A stretch of DNA of 64,000 bases from Candidatus Culexmicrobium cathedralense (GTDB taxonomy: Archaea; Thermoproteota; Methanomethylicia; Culexarchaeales; Culexmicrobiaceae), in assembly GCA_025061115.1 (NCBI GenBank), contig JANZKC010000004.1, positions 32,001 through 96,000 on the forward strand, in the 5' to 3' direction. Shown piece by piece: positions 43,125 to 53,901 of this stretch (positions are counted from its first letter, which is position 1; each line of letters starts with the position of its first letter). The position numbers were made by a program, and so were the translations under genes. The notes below the pieces were generated by a model, which searched no databases, was not told the origin of the DNA, and saw only the letters and a list, made by a program, of their open reading frames with translations.

Positions 43125-43772
43125 CATATACGTCTTCAATTGCTTAATCGCTTCCCTCACTTTCCTTTCTATTTCTCCTTTCCCGACATGCCTTATGATC
43201 TTTTTCACTTCTGTGCTTACAATGCCTTCCCTCATGATTTCGCGCTTCCTCTCAAGCGCTGCACGCCCTGCATTCACAGCTTCATTAAGCCTTCTCAATT
43301 GACTATCCAGCCTGATTAAACCAATCATAATAAAATGCATATTTCTCATAACTCTCCCAAATGCCTTTACATCCACTTCTTTTATAAGAGTTAAATCCAA
43401 ATTCTTTTTTAAAGTATTAATTACCTTCTCGACATTGTCTAATATGCTCGATACTCTTTCTACTTTTTCTTTTATCCTCTTTGAAGCTTCCGCAAGCTCG
43501 TTCATTAACACTTTCTGAACTTCCGCTAAAATTAAGATTTCCTCAGCCAAATCCCCCCTATTTCTCTCAAGTGCTAAGAATGCTTTAACTCTACCATCCA
43601 AAACTTCCTTTGACATTCTTTCTAATTCATCCTCTATCCACCTAATCACTTTACGTGCAGCCTCGCAATCTCTTCTAGCTTCCCTAACCACTTGCTCAAA
43701 ATTCTTTGCCTTCCTTTCAAAATCCCGCAATAGCGACTCTACAACGGCCTTCACGCTAATCCTACCACTCAT
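43113..43772 (-). CDS. coiled-coil protein, possibly PspA/IM30 family
   Basis: 219 aa all-helical; [18 protein letters not shown] resembles the PspA hairpin motif. Confidence 0.55.
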   Translation of the reverse strand: MSGRISVKAVVESLLRDFERKAKNFEQVVREARRDCEAARKVIRWIEDELERMSKEVLDGRVKAFLALERNRGDLAEEILILAEVQKVLMNELAEASKRIKEKVERVSSILDNVEKVINTLKKNLDLTLIKEVDVKAFGRVMRNMHFIMIGLIRLDSQLRRLNEAVNAGRAALERKREIMREGIVSTEVKKIIRHVGKGEIERKVREAIKQLKTYMSHY

Positions 43773-43875
43773 ATCAAATTTCTCCTCTTAATTCCAATAC
43801 CTCTAATACATAGTATGATGCAGCAAAAGCTTTATAATTCTGCTCATAATGATTTTCGCAAGCAGGTGAACAAGC

Positions 43876-44037
43876 ATGCCAATACACGACCCTGAAAAAC
43901 TCAAGATCGCACAGCAACGAAGACTATTTGTAAAAATATGCAGAAGATGCGGCGCAAGAAACGCTCCATCCGCAGAGAAGTGCAGACGATGCAGAAGCAA
44001 AAATCTGCGATGGAAGAGAAGAGAGCGCTCACGCTAA
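43876..44037 (+). CDS. rpl40e: 50S ribosomal protein eL40 (not in ORF track)
   Basis: [25 protein letters not shown]. Confidence 0.95.
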   Translation: MPIHDPEKLKIAQQRRLFVKICRRCGARNAPSAEKCRRCRSKNLRWKRRERSR

Positions 44038-44135
44038 ACTCCAAGACAATAAATAACTACATTATTCTGATCACCTTAACCAACTAAAAGTAGATTTAAT
44101 AGTAAATTTTTAAGGTGCAATCCAATATTTTAACT

Positions 44136-44212
44136 GGGCGGGTGGTCTAGCTGGCTAGGATTCCGCCCTCACACGGCGGAGGTCGTGGGTTCGAATCCCA
44201 CCCCGCCCACCA
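44136..44212 (+). tRNA. tRNA-Val(CAC)
   Basis: Cloverleaf, CCGCC-CTCACAC-GGCGG, encoded CCA. Confidence 0.95.
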
Positions 44213-44322
44213 CTACCATCAAATTGATGATTGTAATTATTGCTCTATGCTCCACATTTATTACACATATTCTTGATATAATGCCCTGCAATTCTGCTTT
44301 AATAGAGAAATGAATCATTACC

Positions 44323-44889
44323 TCATTGAACAACTCTCAAATTAATTTTATATTCAACAGTTTGCAATGGAAAATAACCTACAAACATTAATGCATATAT
44401 CCTAAATCTTAGCGTTATGGTTAAAACATAATTTTTAGGAGGAATCTGATATTTGACTAGATGCATATTAATAATTATGTGATCGCCCATATTCCACCAA
44501 TAATCACCAATGTTAAAAATGGTGAAGTATTTATCAAAACATATCAAATCAATTATTTCAATAGTAAACCCAGTTATAATTGGAATAGTAATGTTTTCAG
44601 AAATTTTTCCAATAATTATTTTAAATAAATGTGGCACTCCCTGCGCAAGTTTAGAAGCATTAACATAAATTGGATGTATGCCTACGAGCAATTTTAATGA
44701 GCCAAAATTTGATTTAATTAGTATATACTCAAAGTGCCATGGATATGTCGAGTTCATTTCTAATAACTTATTAACAGTATTCTCTTCAATTGTGTTTAAT
44801 TTTTTAGGAGAAAAATAATTATATATGAAGATTGATGATATAAATAGAAATATAATAAATATAAAGAAAAATTTCTTATATCTTTTCAT
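44323..44889 (-). CDS. hypothetical membrane-anchored protein
   Basis: N-terminal TM helix; AT-rich islet. Confidence 0.7.
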   Translation of the reverse strand: MKRYKKFFFIFIIFLFISSIFIYNYFSPKKLNTIEENTVNKLLEMNSTYPWHFEYILIKSNFGSLKLLVGIHPIYVNASKLAQGVPHLFKIIIGKISENITIPIITGFTIEIIDLICFDKYFTIFNIGDYWWNMGDHIIINMHLVKYQIPPKNYVLTITLRFRIYALMFVGYFPLQTVEYKINLRVVQ

Positions 44890-44916
44890 TTTTTATCACC
44901 GATTCTATCTTAATAG

Positions 44917-45714
44917 TCATGGTGGTATAACATTTACTATTATTTGAAAGCTTATTTGATAAGTGCCGATGTATATGTTCCTAAGTGTCAGGGGTTGAAT
45001 TATCTCCGAAGATCTTCCTGAAGGCGATATTGAGTCTAGCCATCCAGGATCATTTGTCTCAAGGTATATGCTGGCTTCAGCAGTTATCGTAACAACATAT
45101 TGTCCTTCATAATCAAAAGCAGTAAACATTTTTGAAGCAGCTGTAACTGAATGATCATTCATTGTAAATTGAATCCAATGACCACCTGAACCTATAGTGA
45201 GAGAAACTGGCGATGGATAATATTTTAGTAGCATTTCTATAACCCCCAATATGTCAAGTAGCGTTTCAAGTAACTCCCTATACTCAAAAGTCCCCTCATC
45301 ACCACTACCTAAGTTAGTTTCGATATATTCTACGTGCGAACTAAATACGCAATGCTCCCCGCCATCTATCTTTACCCACATACTGCCGACATAAGGTTTA
45401 TAATAATACGTTTCACCACTTGGAGTAGTTCTAGTCCATTCATCTTCTAGTCTAACTGCTAATGAGACTTTCCATAGCCAATCATCCCCTTGCGGGACAT
45501 CCGTATAATACTCAATAGCGACAGCAAATCCTTTTGAGACAACGTGACTGCCAGAGCCATCATCATAGTAATAATAGAACCACGTTGTATCTCCGCTACT
45601 TTCACGTTTAAGTGTTGGAGCATATGCTTTCAATGTTATTAATGGGACCATCATTAATAGTATCAAAATTATTATTAATATTTTTACTTTGAAATTTTCC
45701 ATATTTTCACCCAC
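44917..45714 (-). CDS. hypothetical secreted protein
   Basis: Signal peptide ending AYA; acidic, Tyr/Ser/Thr-rich. Confidence 0.72.
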   Translation of the reverse strand: MGENMENFKVKILIIILILLMMVPLITLKAYAPTLKRESSGDTTWFYYYYDDGSGSHVVSKGFAVAIEYYTDVPQGDDWLWKVSLAVRLEDEWTRTTPSGETYYYKPYVGSMWVKIDGGEHCVFSSHVEYIETNLGSGDEGTFEYRELLETLLDILGVIEMLLKYYPSPVSLTIGSGGHWIQFTMNDHSVTAASKMFTAFDYEGQYVVTITAEASIYLETNDPGWLDSISPSGRSSEIIQPLTLRNIYIGTYQISFQIIVNVIPP

Positions 45715-46025
45715 TTTTATTTTAATTTTTTCCTATATATATATTTTTTAAACTTCATAATAATAGAAAATTTTAAACTATTATCATTTTCTTGGGAAAA
45801 TTAAGAGCAATTTAAGGTGAACTAAGAACCTCAAGGAAAGCTGATGAGCGTTCATAATTATAATATTTGATTTTGGTGTGGATTTAGGCATTGATGGAAC
45901 TGAATTAATAAGCTTTTCTTATTTGAGATTCTAGGAGAATAGTTGAAAACTCATGATTATTTGGACTAGATCTGATATGCCATTTCAGTGTTCTGAAGAT
46001 GAGTTGTGATTATGCAGATTTATAC

Positions 46026-47288
46026 TTATATTTCAATTTCTTCTTCGTTTGATGGAGTTATTACTTCTATTCCAAGAGCGTCTTTTACTTCGTTTACAAA
46101 TGATTTTGCGCTATCTTCTTCGCTGTGGACCATGATTATTTTCGTATTTTTCTTCATTTTGCTAATTATGTTTAATAGGTCTTTTTTGCCGCAGTGTGAT
46201 GAGAAATCGAACCACCGTACTTCTGCTTTCACTCTTTCCACTCTTTTTCCAAAGTTGAATACTCCGCTTTCTAGTAGTATGTGTCCTGGTGTTCCGGGAA
46301 TTTGATAGGAGACTAAGATCACTGCGTTCTTTTCATTTCTGGCTATCTTTTTCATGTAGAATACTGCCGTTCCTCCCTTCAGCATTCCTGCTGGAGAGAC
46401 TATTATTCCCGGTTTTTTGCATGCTTTTCTTCTGTCGGACCACCCAGACACCCACTTTGCCTTTTCAAGTGCCTTGGTCAGTAATTTGTAATTTCTGAAG
46501 TATCTTGGATGTTTGAACATGATCTTGCTTGCCTTTCTAGCCATTCCATCAAGCGTTACTGGATATTTCAATTTATGCGCAGTAAGCACGCATAGAATTT
46601 CTTGGGATCTGCCTACTGAGAACGCGGGGACTAATGCTATTCCGCCTCTTTCAACAACTTCCGTGACTGCGGCGATGAACTCTTTTTCAGTTTCAGCTCT
46701 ATCTGGGTGGTCTACCGTTGCATAGGTTCCTTCAATGATAAGCGCGTCGAGTTTTGGAACTTTCATTGAAGCTCCTTTTAGCAGCCTGGTGTTTACAGTG
46801 TTTAGGTCGCCCGTGTAAAGTATTCGCTTTCCATCAGCTTCGACCATTATCATCATGCTTCCGGGTATGTGACCTGCATTTAAAATCTTGATTTTAGCCT
46901 TTCCAACTTTGAGCTCGTCTCCGTAGAAGACGGGGTTTAGCGCTTTCATCATGGTTTTCAGCTCTAGATTTTCGTATGGGAGATAGTAGCCTGTTAGATG
47001 AATGAAGTCTTGGATTAGAAGCTCCGTTATTTCGGCCGTTAGTCTAGTAGCGATGAATTTAGGTTTTTCAGTTATGTAGAGTAGTGGTATTCCTCCGGAG
47101 TGGTCTAGGTGGGCGTGACTTAGAATTACTGCGTCTAGATCTTTAGGTGAAACGTGTGATGGAAATTCGGGTTCACCATTTGTCAGCATTACTCCGTAAT
47201 CGAGTAGCAGTTGCTTGTTTTCCCCGAAGTTCACTAGTATTCCTGACCTTCCAACCTCTAATCCACCACCAAGTATTTTCACTTTCAT
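46026..47288 (-). CDS. beta-CASP metallo-beta-lactamase ribonuclease
   Basis: SHAHLDH, AGHIPGS, TGD, GRSQE, FSSH. Confidence 0.92.
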   Translation of the reverse strand: MKVKILGGGLEVGRSGILVNFGENKQLLLDYGVMLTNGEPEFPSHVSPKDLDAVILSHAHLDHSGGIPLLYITEKPKFIATRLTAEITELLIQDFIHLTGYYLPYENLELKTMMKALNPVFYGDELKVGKAKIKILNAGHIPGSMMIMVEADGKRILYTGDLNTVNTRLLKGASMKVPKLDALIIEGTYATVDHPDRAETEKEFIAAVTEVVERGGIALVPAFSVGRSQEILCVLTAHKLKYPVTLDGMARKASKIMFKHPRYFRNYKLLTKALEKAKWVSGWSDRRKACKKPGIIVSPAGMLKGGTAVFYMKKIARNEKNAVILVSYQIPGTPGHILLESGVFNFGKRVERVKAEVRWFDFSSHCGKKDLLNIISKMKKNTKIIMVHSEEDSAKSFVNEVKDALGIEVITPSNEEEIEI

Positions 47289-47365
47289 CGTCAATTTTTC
47301 CTCTCCGCTACTTATTTTGCAAGTTAACTTTAAATTCTATTTATCAAAGTTGTTTGAGGGGGTTA

Positions 47366-48091
47366 ATGTTGTCCATTAGGATCGTGCTGAATAAAAATGT
47401 TTCTTTCGATGGCTGCACTTTCATCTCTGGCTTTCATGGCATTGGATTGACTGGCTTTATTGCGGTTAAGCATATGGTTAAGCAGCTTGATGCTGAAAAG
47501 ATAGGTTTCATTGAAACTAAGCTGCTTCCACCATTCGTATCTATGGATGGAGATGAAATTGTAACTCCATTCGAGTTTTTCAGGCACTCCAACTTTGTTT
47601 TTCTTGTAGTTGAAGCTCCCCCACATGCTCGTGAGCAATATCTCTTTTCCACGTTTTTGGCTGATTGGATAGTGAAAAGCAATTTTTCAAAGGCAATACT
47701 GATTGGCGGCTTGGATAAGAGGTTTAAGCGTAATGAAGATTTGCTGTACAAATTTGCGATGACTCGCGCCTTTAAGAGGAAGTTTTCTTCTCAGAGCTTT
47801 CCTCCGCTTGAAAAGGAGCTTCATGCATTTGGACTATTAGCACTTCTTCTAGCTCGGCTTGAAATTAGGGATTTCCCTGCATTGGCTGTTTTGCCCTATG
47901 CTGATGCTTCCAGGCCGGATCCATTTGCAGCGGCAATGGCCATAAAATTTGTCAATAAATTCTGCAACTTGGATGTCGACGTTTCTGAATTAATTGAAGA
48001 GGCTGAGCGCATTGAATCTGAAGTTAACAAGCTGATCCAGCAATGGGCTGAAAGGGCTAAGCTAGATCAAAGAAGGACTTTGTACATGTAG
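47366..48091 (+). CDS. PAC2-family proteasome assembly chaperone
   Basis: GFHGIGLTG, GGL, PDP.AA, LIEEAERIE, C-terminal LYM. Confidence 0.88.
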   Translation: MLSIRIVLNKNVSFDGCTFISGFHGIGLTGFIAVKHMVKQLDAEKIGFIETKLLPPFVSMDGDEIVTPFEFFRHSNFVFLVVEAPPHAREQYLFSTFLADWIVKSNFSKAILIGGLDKRFKRNEDLLYKFAMTRAFKRKFSSQSFPPLEKELHAFGLLALLLARLEIRDFPALAVLPYADASRPDPFAAAMAIKFVNKFCNLDVDVSELIEEAERIESEVNKLIQQWAERAKLDQRRTLYM

Positions 48092-48102
48092 ATAAATGGA
48101 CG

Positions 48103-49719
48103 CTAATCAGCCCTTAATGTTTCACTTAAAACCTCTCTTATCCTTTTCCAATCATTATGCCATATCACTTTTATTTCTCTATTTAGCTTCTTGCACTCTC
48201 TCATTATCTCCATCTTTAATTGGTTGCTCCAGTCATCTGATTTTTCGAAGAATATCACCGTTTTATAATCGTTATTCTTGATAAGCTCATTGAGCGCTTC
48301 CAATACGATGCTTTCTGCATTAAGATCCTTAAATATGCTCTTTTCATACTGCGATAGCGGGTAAACTTCATCAAGCTCTAGTGGTACGATGCCAAATGGT
48401 AAACAGTATATGCATTCATGCACTTCGCCGCTTTTTTCCTTCGCTATCTCCTCGATAATTCTGAGGACTTTAACTACGTAATTGCTTTCGTGAAATGGTC
48501 TTTCATGAGGGTCGGGTAGGAGAAGAAGCACTCGCTTACCTGGAAATCTGACGTTTTCGCTTAGCCTCTTCACGTGCCTAGTGACTTCGGGGCGTATTAA
48601 TCCTTCACTTGTGGTATAGAATATTCCTCTTACTTTGCTTTTTACTACTGGATCGAATTTCTCCAAATAATGCTTATATTTTTTCAATCTAAGCACCGCT
48701 TGGTAGAGTTGCGGATGAGCTTTTGCGCGCATTTCAATTAATTCCCAAAGAGTGCCCTCATGGATGGCCTGCCTAATGTTATTCATCTCCTGCAACACTA
48801 CTGCCAAGTTGTGCTCTGCCAAGTAACGTATGCGCATTTCCCTGCTCATTTCCTTTAAGTCCTCTACATCCATTTTTCTGCATACGTCGCAGCTGCATGG
48901 TAGTGAATGAAGCCTAGAAAGCTTAATTGTCCCTCTCGATGTCATGTACCTTTCATCTCGCGCGTAAATGGCGTAAGCAGCTGAATCAAACGTATCGCAT
49001 CCAAGTGCGACGAGGAGTGGGAGCGTAATTGGGTGCCCTGCACCGAAAAGGTGTATTGGGCGCTCTAGGGGGAGTGCCTTCTTGGCTGTTACTACTAGAT
49101 CTACAAGCTCGTCGAACTTGTACTTCTCCATGAACTGCGTTGGACCTCCAATTCCATGCATTTGAAAGTTCATCTCGCCGATTTTCTTCGCACAGTATTC
49201 GACTAAATCTAAGAATTTGCCTCCTTGAACTGGACCCACCCAAATAATGTCTTCACGGGTTGCTGCCTTTAGACTTATTTCTGCGTTCTTCAAAGTCTCC
49301 TTCACTCTTTTCAGCGCCTCATTGTATGCTGCCGCTCTGGGTGTCGGTATGTCGAGGATTACGGCAATATCACTGTTCAAGGCTTCTTGAACTCGTATGA
49401 CTTCATCCGGCCCGATAGATACAGCGCCATATACAAGTATTTGGTAAGCTCCTGAATCCGTCATTATGGTATATGGGAAGTTGAACATTTCATGAATATC
49501 CCTTATTGGTGAAGATGACTCATTTAAAAATTTCTTCACTAAATATGCATTTGTTATTATTGTCCTTAATCCGTACTTCTCCTTGATAACTTCTACTGGT
49601 ATCACATTTTTATGTGGACTAATCACAGGGAAAAAAGCTGGAGTTTCTATAGTTCCACTTTTCGTCCTCAGCCTTCCTATTCTACCTGCCAAGTCTCGGT
49701 CTAATATTTCAAAGATCAT
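48103..49719 (-). CDS. tgtA: archaeosine tRNA-guanine(15) transglycosylase
   Basis: ETP, TDSGAYQ, HLFGAGHP, FDSA, CxCxxC. Confidence 0.94.
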   Translation of the reverse strand: MIFEILDRDLAGRIGRLRTKSGTIETPAFFPVISPHKNVIPVEVIKEKYGLRTIITNAYLVKKFLNESSSPIRDIHEMFNFPYTIMTDSGAYQILVYGAVSIGPDEVIRVQEALNSDIAVILDIPTPRAAAYNEALKRVKETLKNAEISLKAATREDIIWVGPVQGGKFLDLVEYCAKKIGEMNFQMHGIGGPTQFMEKYKFDELVDLVVTAKKALPLERPIHLFGAGHPITLPLLVALGCDTFDSAAYAIYARDERYMTSRGTIKLSRLHSLPCSCDVCRKMDVEDLKEMSREMRIRYLAEHNLAVVLQEMNNIRQAIHEGTLWELIEMRAKAHPQLYQAVLRLKKYKHYLEKFDPVVKSKVRGIFYTTSEGLIRPEVTRHVKRLSENVRFPGKRVLLLLPDPHERPFHESNYVVKVLRIIEEIAKEKSGEVHECIYCLPFGIVPLELDEVYPLSQYEKSIFKDLNAESIVLEALNELIKNNDYKTVIFFEKSDDWSNQLKMEIMRECKKLNREIKVIWHNDWKRIREVLSETLRAD

Positions 49720-50169
49720 TTAAGCTTCACTTGGCTTCTTCTTCTCGGACACGAACTGCTCGTAAATGCGCTTAACTCTCTCCGCTACAGGGCCCGTGCC
49801 CTCAACAACACCTTCCTCTGTGACTCGCACTCTGTCCATAACTACAATTACCCCTGCTTCTTCATACAACTTAACCATGTTCGGAAACACTTTCTCAAGC
49901 CTTTCTGCTAATCCTCTTAAATCGAAAGGCTCCTCCTGTCTAATTATCTCGGAGACGACATCTCCTCGAATAAAAACTCTAGCATAAGTCGCTCCACTTT
50001 CATCCTTAGCACTAGACAAGCATAGGCTCAATGTATTGGGATCATATCCAATTAATCGCCCTGAATAGGTTCTTCCCAAGGTGGTCCTAACACTAACCAT
50101 TTTATCCAGCAACAAAGTTAGCTCTCTCAAGAACCTCGAGCTTCCAGTTGCAGTCAAACTACTAATCAT
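49720..50169 (-). CDS. Sm-like protein SmAP3 (Lsm plus C-terminal domain)
   Basis: Sm fold with IRGD, plus FPNMVK..V.V.E.GV.G.GP extension. Confidence 0.88.
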   Translation of the reverse strand: MISSLTATGSSRFLRELTLLLDKMVSVRTTLGRTYSGRLIGYDPNTLSLCLSSAKDESGATYARVFIRGDVVSEIIRQEEPFDLRGLAERLEKVFPNMVKLYEEAGVIVVMDRVRVTEEGVVEGTGPVAERVKRIYEQFVSEKKKPSEA

Positions 50170-50255
50170 TATTTTTCCTCCAACCGAATTTGGATTAGGC
50201 AGAAGCATTTATTTGCTTTTTCATTTAATAGACTTGCTGGTTGGTGGTGCAACTC

Positions 50256-50648
50256 ATGAACTTGTCACTTAAAGCTCGAATTGACAGAATTGAGCCTTCT
50301 GAAGTTAAGGGAATCAGGACTTACCACTTTTCCGTATACGATGAAAAGGTAAGCATTGTAGGAGAGCTTCCAGATAGGCTTGTAGATGAAAAAATGAAGA
50401 AAGGCGATGAAGTAATCTTCCTAATATCCGATGAAGACATCTCTTTATCAGATCTCTCACAGTTTGGCTCTCCAATCACAATGTTCGAAGGCGTACTTTT
50501 TAAAAAGTCAACTTTGGAAACTGAAGGCGCAATCAAGTACTGGATATCTGTTTACGGCTTACAATTCAGAATTTCAAGCGAAAAGGATTTGCTCCCGAAC
50601 GTTCGTAAAATTCAAATTGCAATTTGTAAGACACCTCCACGCGATTAA
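50256..50648 (+). CDS. rpo8: RNA polymerase subunit Rpo8 (G)
   Basis: OB-like, ISVYGLQFRI motif; divergent from SmAP3 as in crenarchaea. Confidence 0.7.
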   Translation: MNLSLKARIDRIEPSEVKGIRTYHFSVYDEKVSIVGELPDRLVDEKMKKGDEVIFLISDEDISLSDLSQFGSPITMFEGVLFKKSTLETEGAIKYWISVYGLQFRISSEKDLLPNVRKIQIAICKTPPRD

Positions 50649-50797
50649 ATACACTTTCACTTATCTCTCCTCTACCTAACTAATTGTTTAAAAATATTAT
50701 ATGTAAACTGAATGGTACTAATTGTTCTATTAAAAGTATTTAGATATAAGAAAAAGTTTAATAATTAAAACTAAATAATTTTATACTTGGTGTCTAC

Positions 50798-51787
50798 ATG
50801 ATTAACAAGAACATGCGATGCAAAGAGTGTGGAGGTCCCTTGGTTTTATCGAAGTATGGTGAATGGGTTTGTGCAAGATGTGGGCTTGTCGATGACCAAT
50901 TGCTTTTACCGCCGCTTTTCGAAATAGAGCCTTTATCAGACTTTTCGGCTTCATTTAAAATTTATGTTAGTCCAGATGGGAAGCCGATTAAGCGGGATGG
51001 CCTTGGATCAGTAATTCTAAGGTGTAAAGGCCAATTTAAAGATAGTAAGGGTAATGTTCTCAGCTATAAGCGCTTTTCAAAGTTGCAACGCACTCACACG
51101 CTTTACTCTCGCTCAGCAAGTATGAAGGTAGGGAGCAATGCGATGGACTCGCTTCGCAGGGCATGTGCATCTATGGATGTTCCAGCTCACGTGTATGAAA
51201 GATCATGCTATATTTACTTGAAGGCTTTGAAGTGCGTGAAGAGTAAGGGTTCAAGCTACTCTTTAGCTGCTGCTTCACTGCTAATTGCTTCAAGAGAGTT
51301 GAAATACCCCCTCACGTTAAGAGAAGTTGTCCACCTATTCTCGAGCATGGGTCATCGCGTAGTTCCTAGAACAGTTTCAAGACTTGCGGCTGAAATACTG
51401 AATAAGCTTGGAATTAAGCACGTCTCAAGAAGTCCTGAAGACTATCTGCCCAAAATTATCAATGAGCTTAGGAATGTGAAGCGCGTGAAGAGGCAGCTCG
51501 AGGATCTAGGTCTTGACGGCGATAAATATTTCGTGCTGCTCTCCCAAAAGGCATACTTCGTTTTTAACCTTTTAGGCAACCGCATAAAAGTAGGTAAAAA
51601 TCCATATCTACTTGCTGTCTCAGTGATTTACGTCGCTGATAAATTAGTTGCCAAAGAATTGAATTGTAAGCCTCTTCTTTCGCAAAAGCTACTTGCGGTA
51701 CACTTAAACTCAACGGAGTACACTATTAGGCAGCATTATAAGATTATCCGAAGCTGCTTGTCAAATGCTGATAAAAGGCAGGCGTGA
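50798..51787 (+). CDS. divergent transcription factor B paralog
   Basis: CxxCG..CxxCG Zn ribbon, two cyclin-like repeats, C-terminal TEYTIR helix. Confidence 0.82.
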   Translation: MINKNMRCKECGGPLVLSKYGEWVCARCGLVDDQLLLPPLFEIEPLSDFSASFKIYVSPDGKPIKRDGLGSVILRCKGQFKDSKGNVLSYKRFSKLQRTHTLYSRSASMKVGSNAMDSLRRACASMDVPAHVYERSCYIYLKALKCVKSKGSSYSLAAASLLIASRELKYPLTLREVVHLFSSMGHRVVPRTVSRLAAEILNKLGIKHVSRSPEDYLPKIINELRNVKRVKRQLEDLGLDGDKYFVLLSQKAYFVFNLLGNRIKVGKNPYLLAVSVIYVADKLVAKELNCKPLLSQKLLAVHLNSTEYTIRQHYKIIRSCLSNADKRQA

Positions 51788-51831
51788 TGCGAGGTTTAAA
51801 ATACCTTAATAGCTTCGCCAATTAAGGAGCA

Positions 51832-53901
51832 ATGAGCAATCTATGCCTACTGTCTTCAGTAATTAGGCGAAGCGCAGGAAAGGTTAAGGTGGCTTTTCTC
51901 TGCCCCAATAAATGCCGTGCTAGAAGTTCTCTCGGATTCAGTTTATGCATTTCATCTTACGTGTGTGCTACTGCTCCTCTTTTAAAAAGTGGTGCGAGTA
52001 CATTTTCTCTCTCCTTTAATTTTGCTCATAACGCTCACTTCTCCCAATACATTCTATCACTTGCAAAAGCTGTATACTTTCTTCGCTTTAAGAATTTTAG
52101 AAAGTTTAGAGAACTGTATGACTACCTATCTGAAGTTGACTCTCCCTTTAATTCTCTTAAGGATGCGCTTCTACTTCATCCAAGAGTGGGCTTCATTTAT
52201 TTTGACTTATCTCAAGCAATTAGCTGTTTAAATGACTTCATAAGAAGTGAAAGGCGCTTTCCCGGCCGTTTGATGTCCTACTTAAAATCATTACGGAAGG
52301 AATTGTTAGGTGCGTCAAAGCTGAAAGATTATGCTATTCCACTCTCTCTATCAGGTGAAAGCATTGCTGGTTTAGATAGCCCTATAGGTAAGGTTCTTGA
52401 GCGCTACCAGCTTGCTGCATTTCTAATTGAAGTAATTTCTACCTCAGAATTTTCCGAGCCAATTTACAAGGTGAATTACCTTGAAGAGTTAACACGTCTA
52501 TTGCCGGTTGTCTGGTCTGTAAGCACACTTATACGGCTAAAGAGATTTGGAAGTTTTTCTGCTGGGCATGGATACATATCAGCTCTGCTGGCTTCAAGGT
52601 TTCGCAAAGCTTTGAGAGCAGTGAAAACGTTTTTCCCGGAAGTTGATGACTGCCACGCTTCTCCTATTGCTCTTTTAGCTGCGTTTGATTCCATTGGCTT
52701 CATGAAGCTACTGCCCTTCCTCATCGACGACATGGTTGAAGAGTTCTTCATCGACAGTCCCGGCACCGGCATATACTTGGACCATTCTAGGTGGGGCCGC
52801 TGTAAATCCAATGTTTCAACAACCAATATCGATGTTAAGAGGATACTTACTCAACTTAGGGCAGAAAGCAGCCTTAGGCTAGATTACTCTTCCCCATCTT
52901 TGAAAACTGACGTAATTACGAAGTTCTTTCATGTTAGAGTTTCAGTTGATGCTCCACCGCTAACGGTTGAGGGGCCTTCTCTGATATTTAGAAGGTTTAG
53001 ACGGAGGCCGTGGACGATTGTCGACTTGATTAGAAATGGAACTATTTCAAGTGAGGCTGCAGCGTACTTGATTTTCTGCCTATTCAGAAGAAGGAACATT
53101 ATTGTAATTGGCGAGCCAGCCACTGGGAAGACTACATTAATAAATGCTCTTGACATACTGTCGCCGCCTCATTGGAGGAAAATCACGATAGAATCAATTG
53201 TTGAGAGCGTGGGTCAGTTAGATTTGGGGAAGCATCAAGTTCGATTTAGAGTTGACCCATTTGAAAGGTTAGCTCCCATGCGTCGAAAGTACTTAGAAGT
53301 TATAAGGCTTCTGCATAGATCTCCAAACTACCTCTACTTAGGGGAGATCTTAACGAAGGAGCATGTTAAAGCTCTGCTCTATGCGCTTTCATCTGGACTG
53401 CGGGGATTACAGACGTGCCATGCAAGTTCACCTGAATCCCTACTTGTAAAGTGGGTTATTCACTATGGCGTGCCTGCTTTCTGTCTAAGCGACTTAGATA
53501 CGATAGTCCTTATGAGGAGGAAGTTAACTTCCCACGTCAACCGCAGATATGTAGCAAGAATTACTGAGCCAGTTCTCACTAAGTTAGATAGCTCCTTGAA
53601 TTCAGTTAAGCTAATAGATGTTTTCAGGAGAAATTCTTACTTTGAACCTCTAAGATTGGTTATCGACTTGTACGAGTCTCCCACGTTGCAAAGGATTAGA
53701 GATGAAGATCCCATCGACAAGGATTCCTTCACTAGAGAGCTCCTATTCTATAAAAAGCTACTGGAGCTTCTCTGCAGCTTGGAAATTACTTCTCCTAAAG
53801 CTATTAGCCGCGTGTTTTTAAAGGCGTTTCTCCTTTCGCAAAATGGCGTTTTTGATGTTGAAGAGGTGATTGATGGTGTCAGCTTTTTTGAGTGTTTATA
53901 A
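51832..53901 (+). CDS. TadA/VirB11-like pilus assembly ATPase (divergent)
   Basis: GEPATGKTT, LGEI, TCHA. Confidence 0.85.
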   Translation: MSNLCLLSSVIRRSAGKVKVAFLCPNKCRARSSLGFSLCISSYVCATAPLLKSGASTFSLSFNFAHNAHFSQYILSLAKAVYFLRFKNFRKFRELYDYLSEVDSPFNSLKDALLLHPRVGFIYFDLSQAISCLNDFIRSERRFPGRLMSYLKSLRKELLGASKLKDYAIPLSLSGESIAGLDSPIGKVLERYQLAAFLIEVISTSEFSEPIYKVNYLEELTRLLPVVWSVSTLIRLKRFGSFSAGHGYISALLASRFRKALRAVKTFFPEVDDCHASPIALLAAFDSIGFMKLLPFLIDDMVEEFFIDSPGTGIYLDHSRWGRCKSNVSTTNIDVKRILTQLRAESSLRLDYSSPSLKTDVITKFFHVRVSVDAPPLTVEGPSLIFRRFRRRPWTIVDLIRNGTISSEAAAYLIFCLFRRRNIIVIGEPATGKTTLINALDILSPPHWRKITIESIVESVGQLDLGKHQVRFRVDPFERLAPMRRKYLEVIRLLHRSPNYLYLGEILTKEHVKALLYALSSGLRGLQTCHASSPESLLVKWVIHYGVPAFCLSDLDTIVLMRRKLTSHVNRRYVARITEPVLTKLDSSLNSVKLIDVFRRNSYFEPLRLVIDLYESPTLQRIRDEDPIDKDSFTRELLFYKKLLELLCSLEITSPKAISRVFLKAFLLSQNGVFDVEEVIDGVSFFECL

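Noticed and set aside
45841-45903. Third C/D sRNA candidate (CTGATGA...CTGA)
   Set aside because: No convincing C'/D' boxes, stem or guide target; AT-rich context
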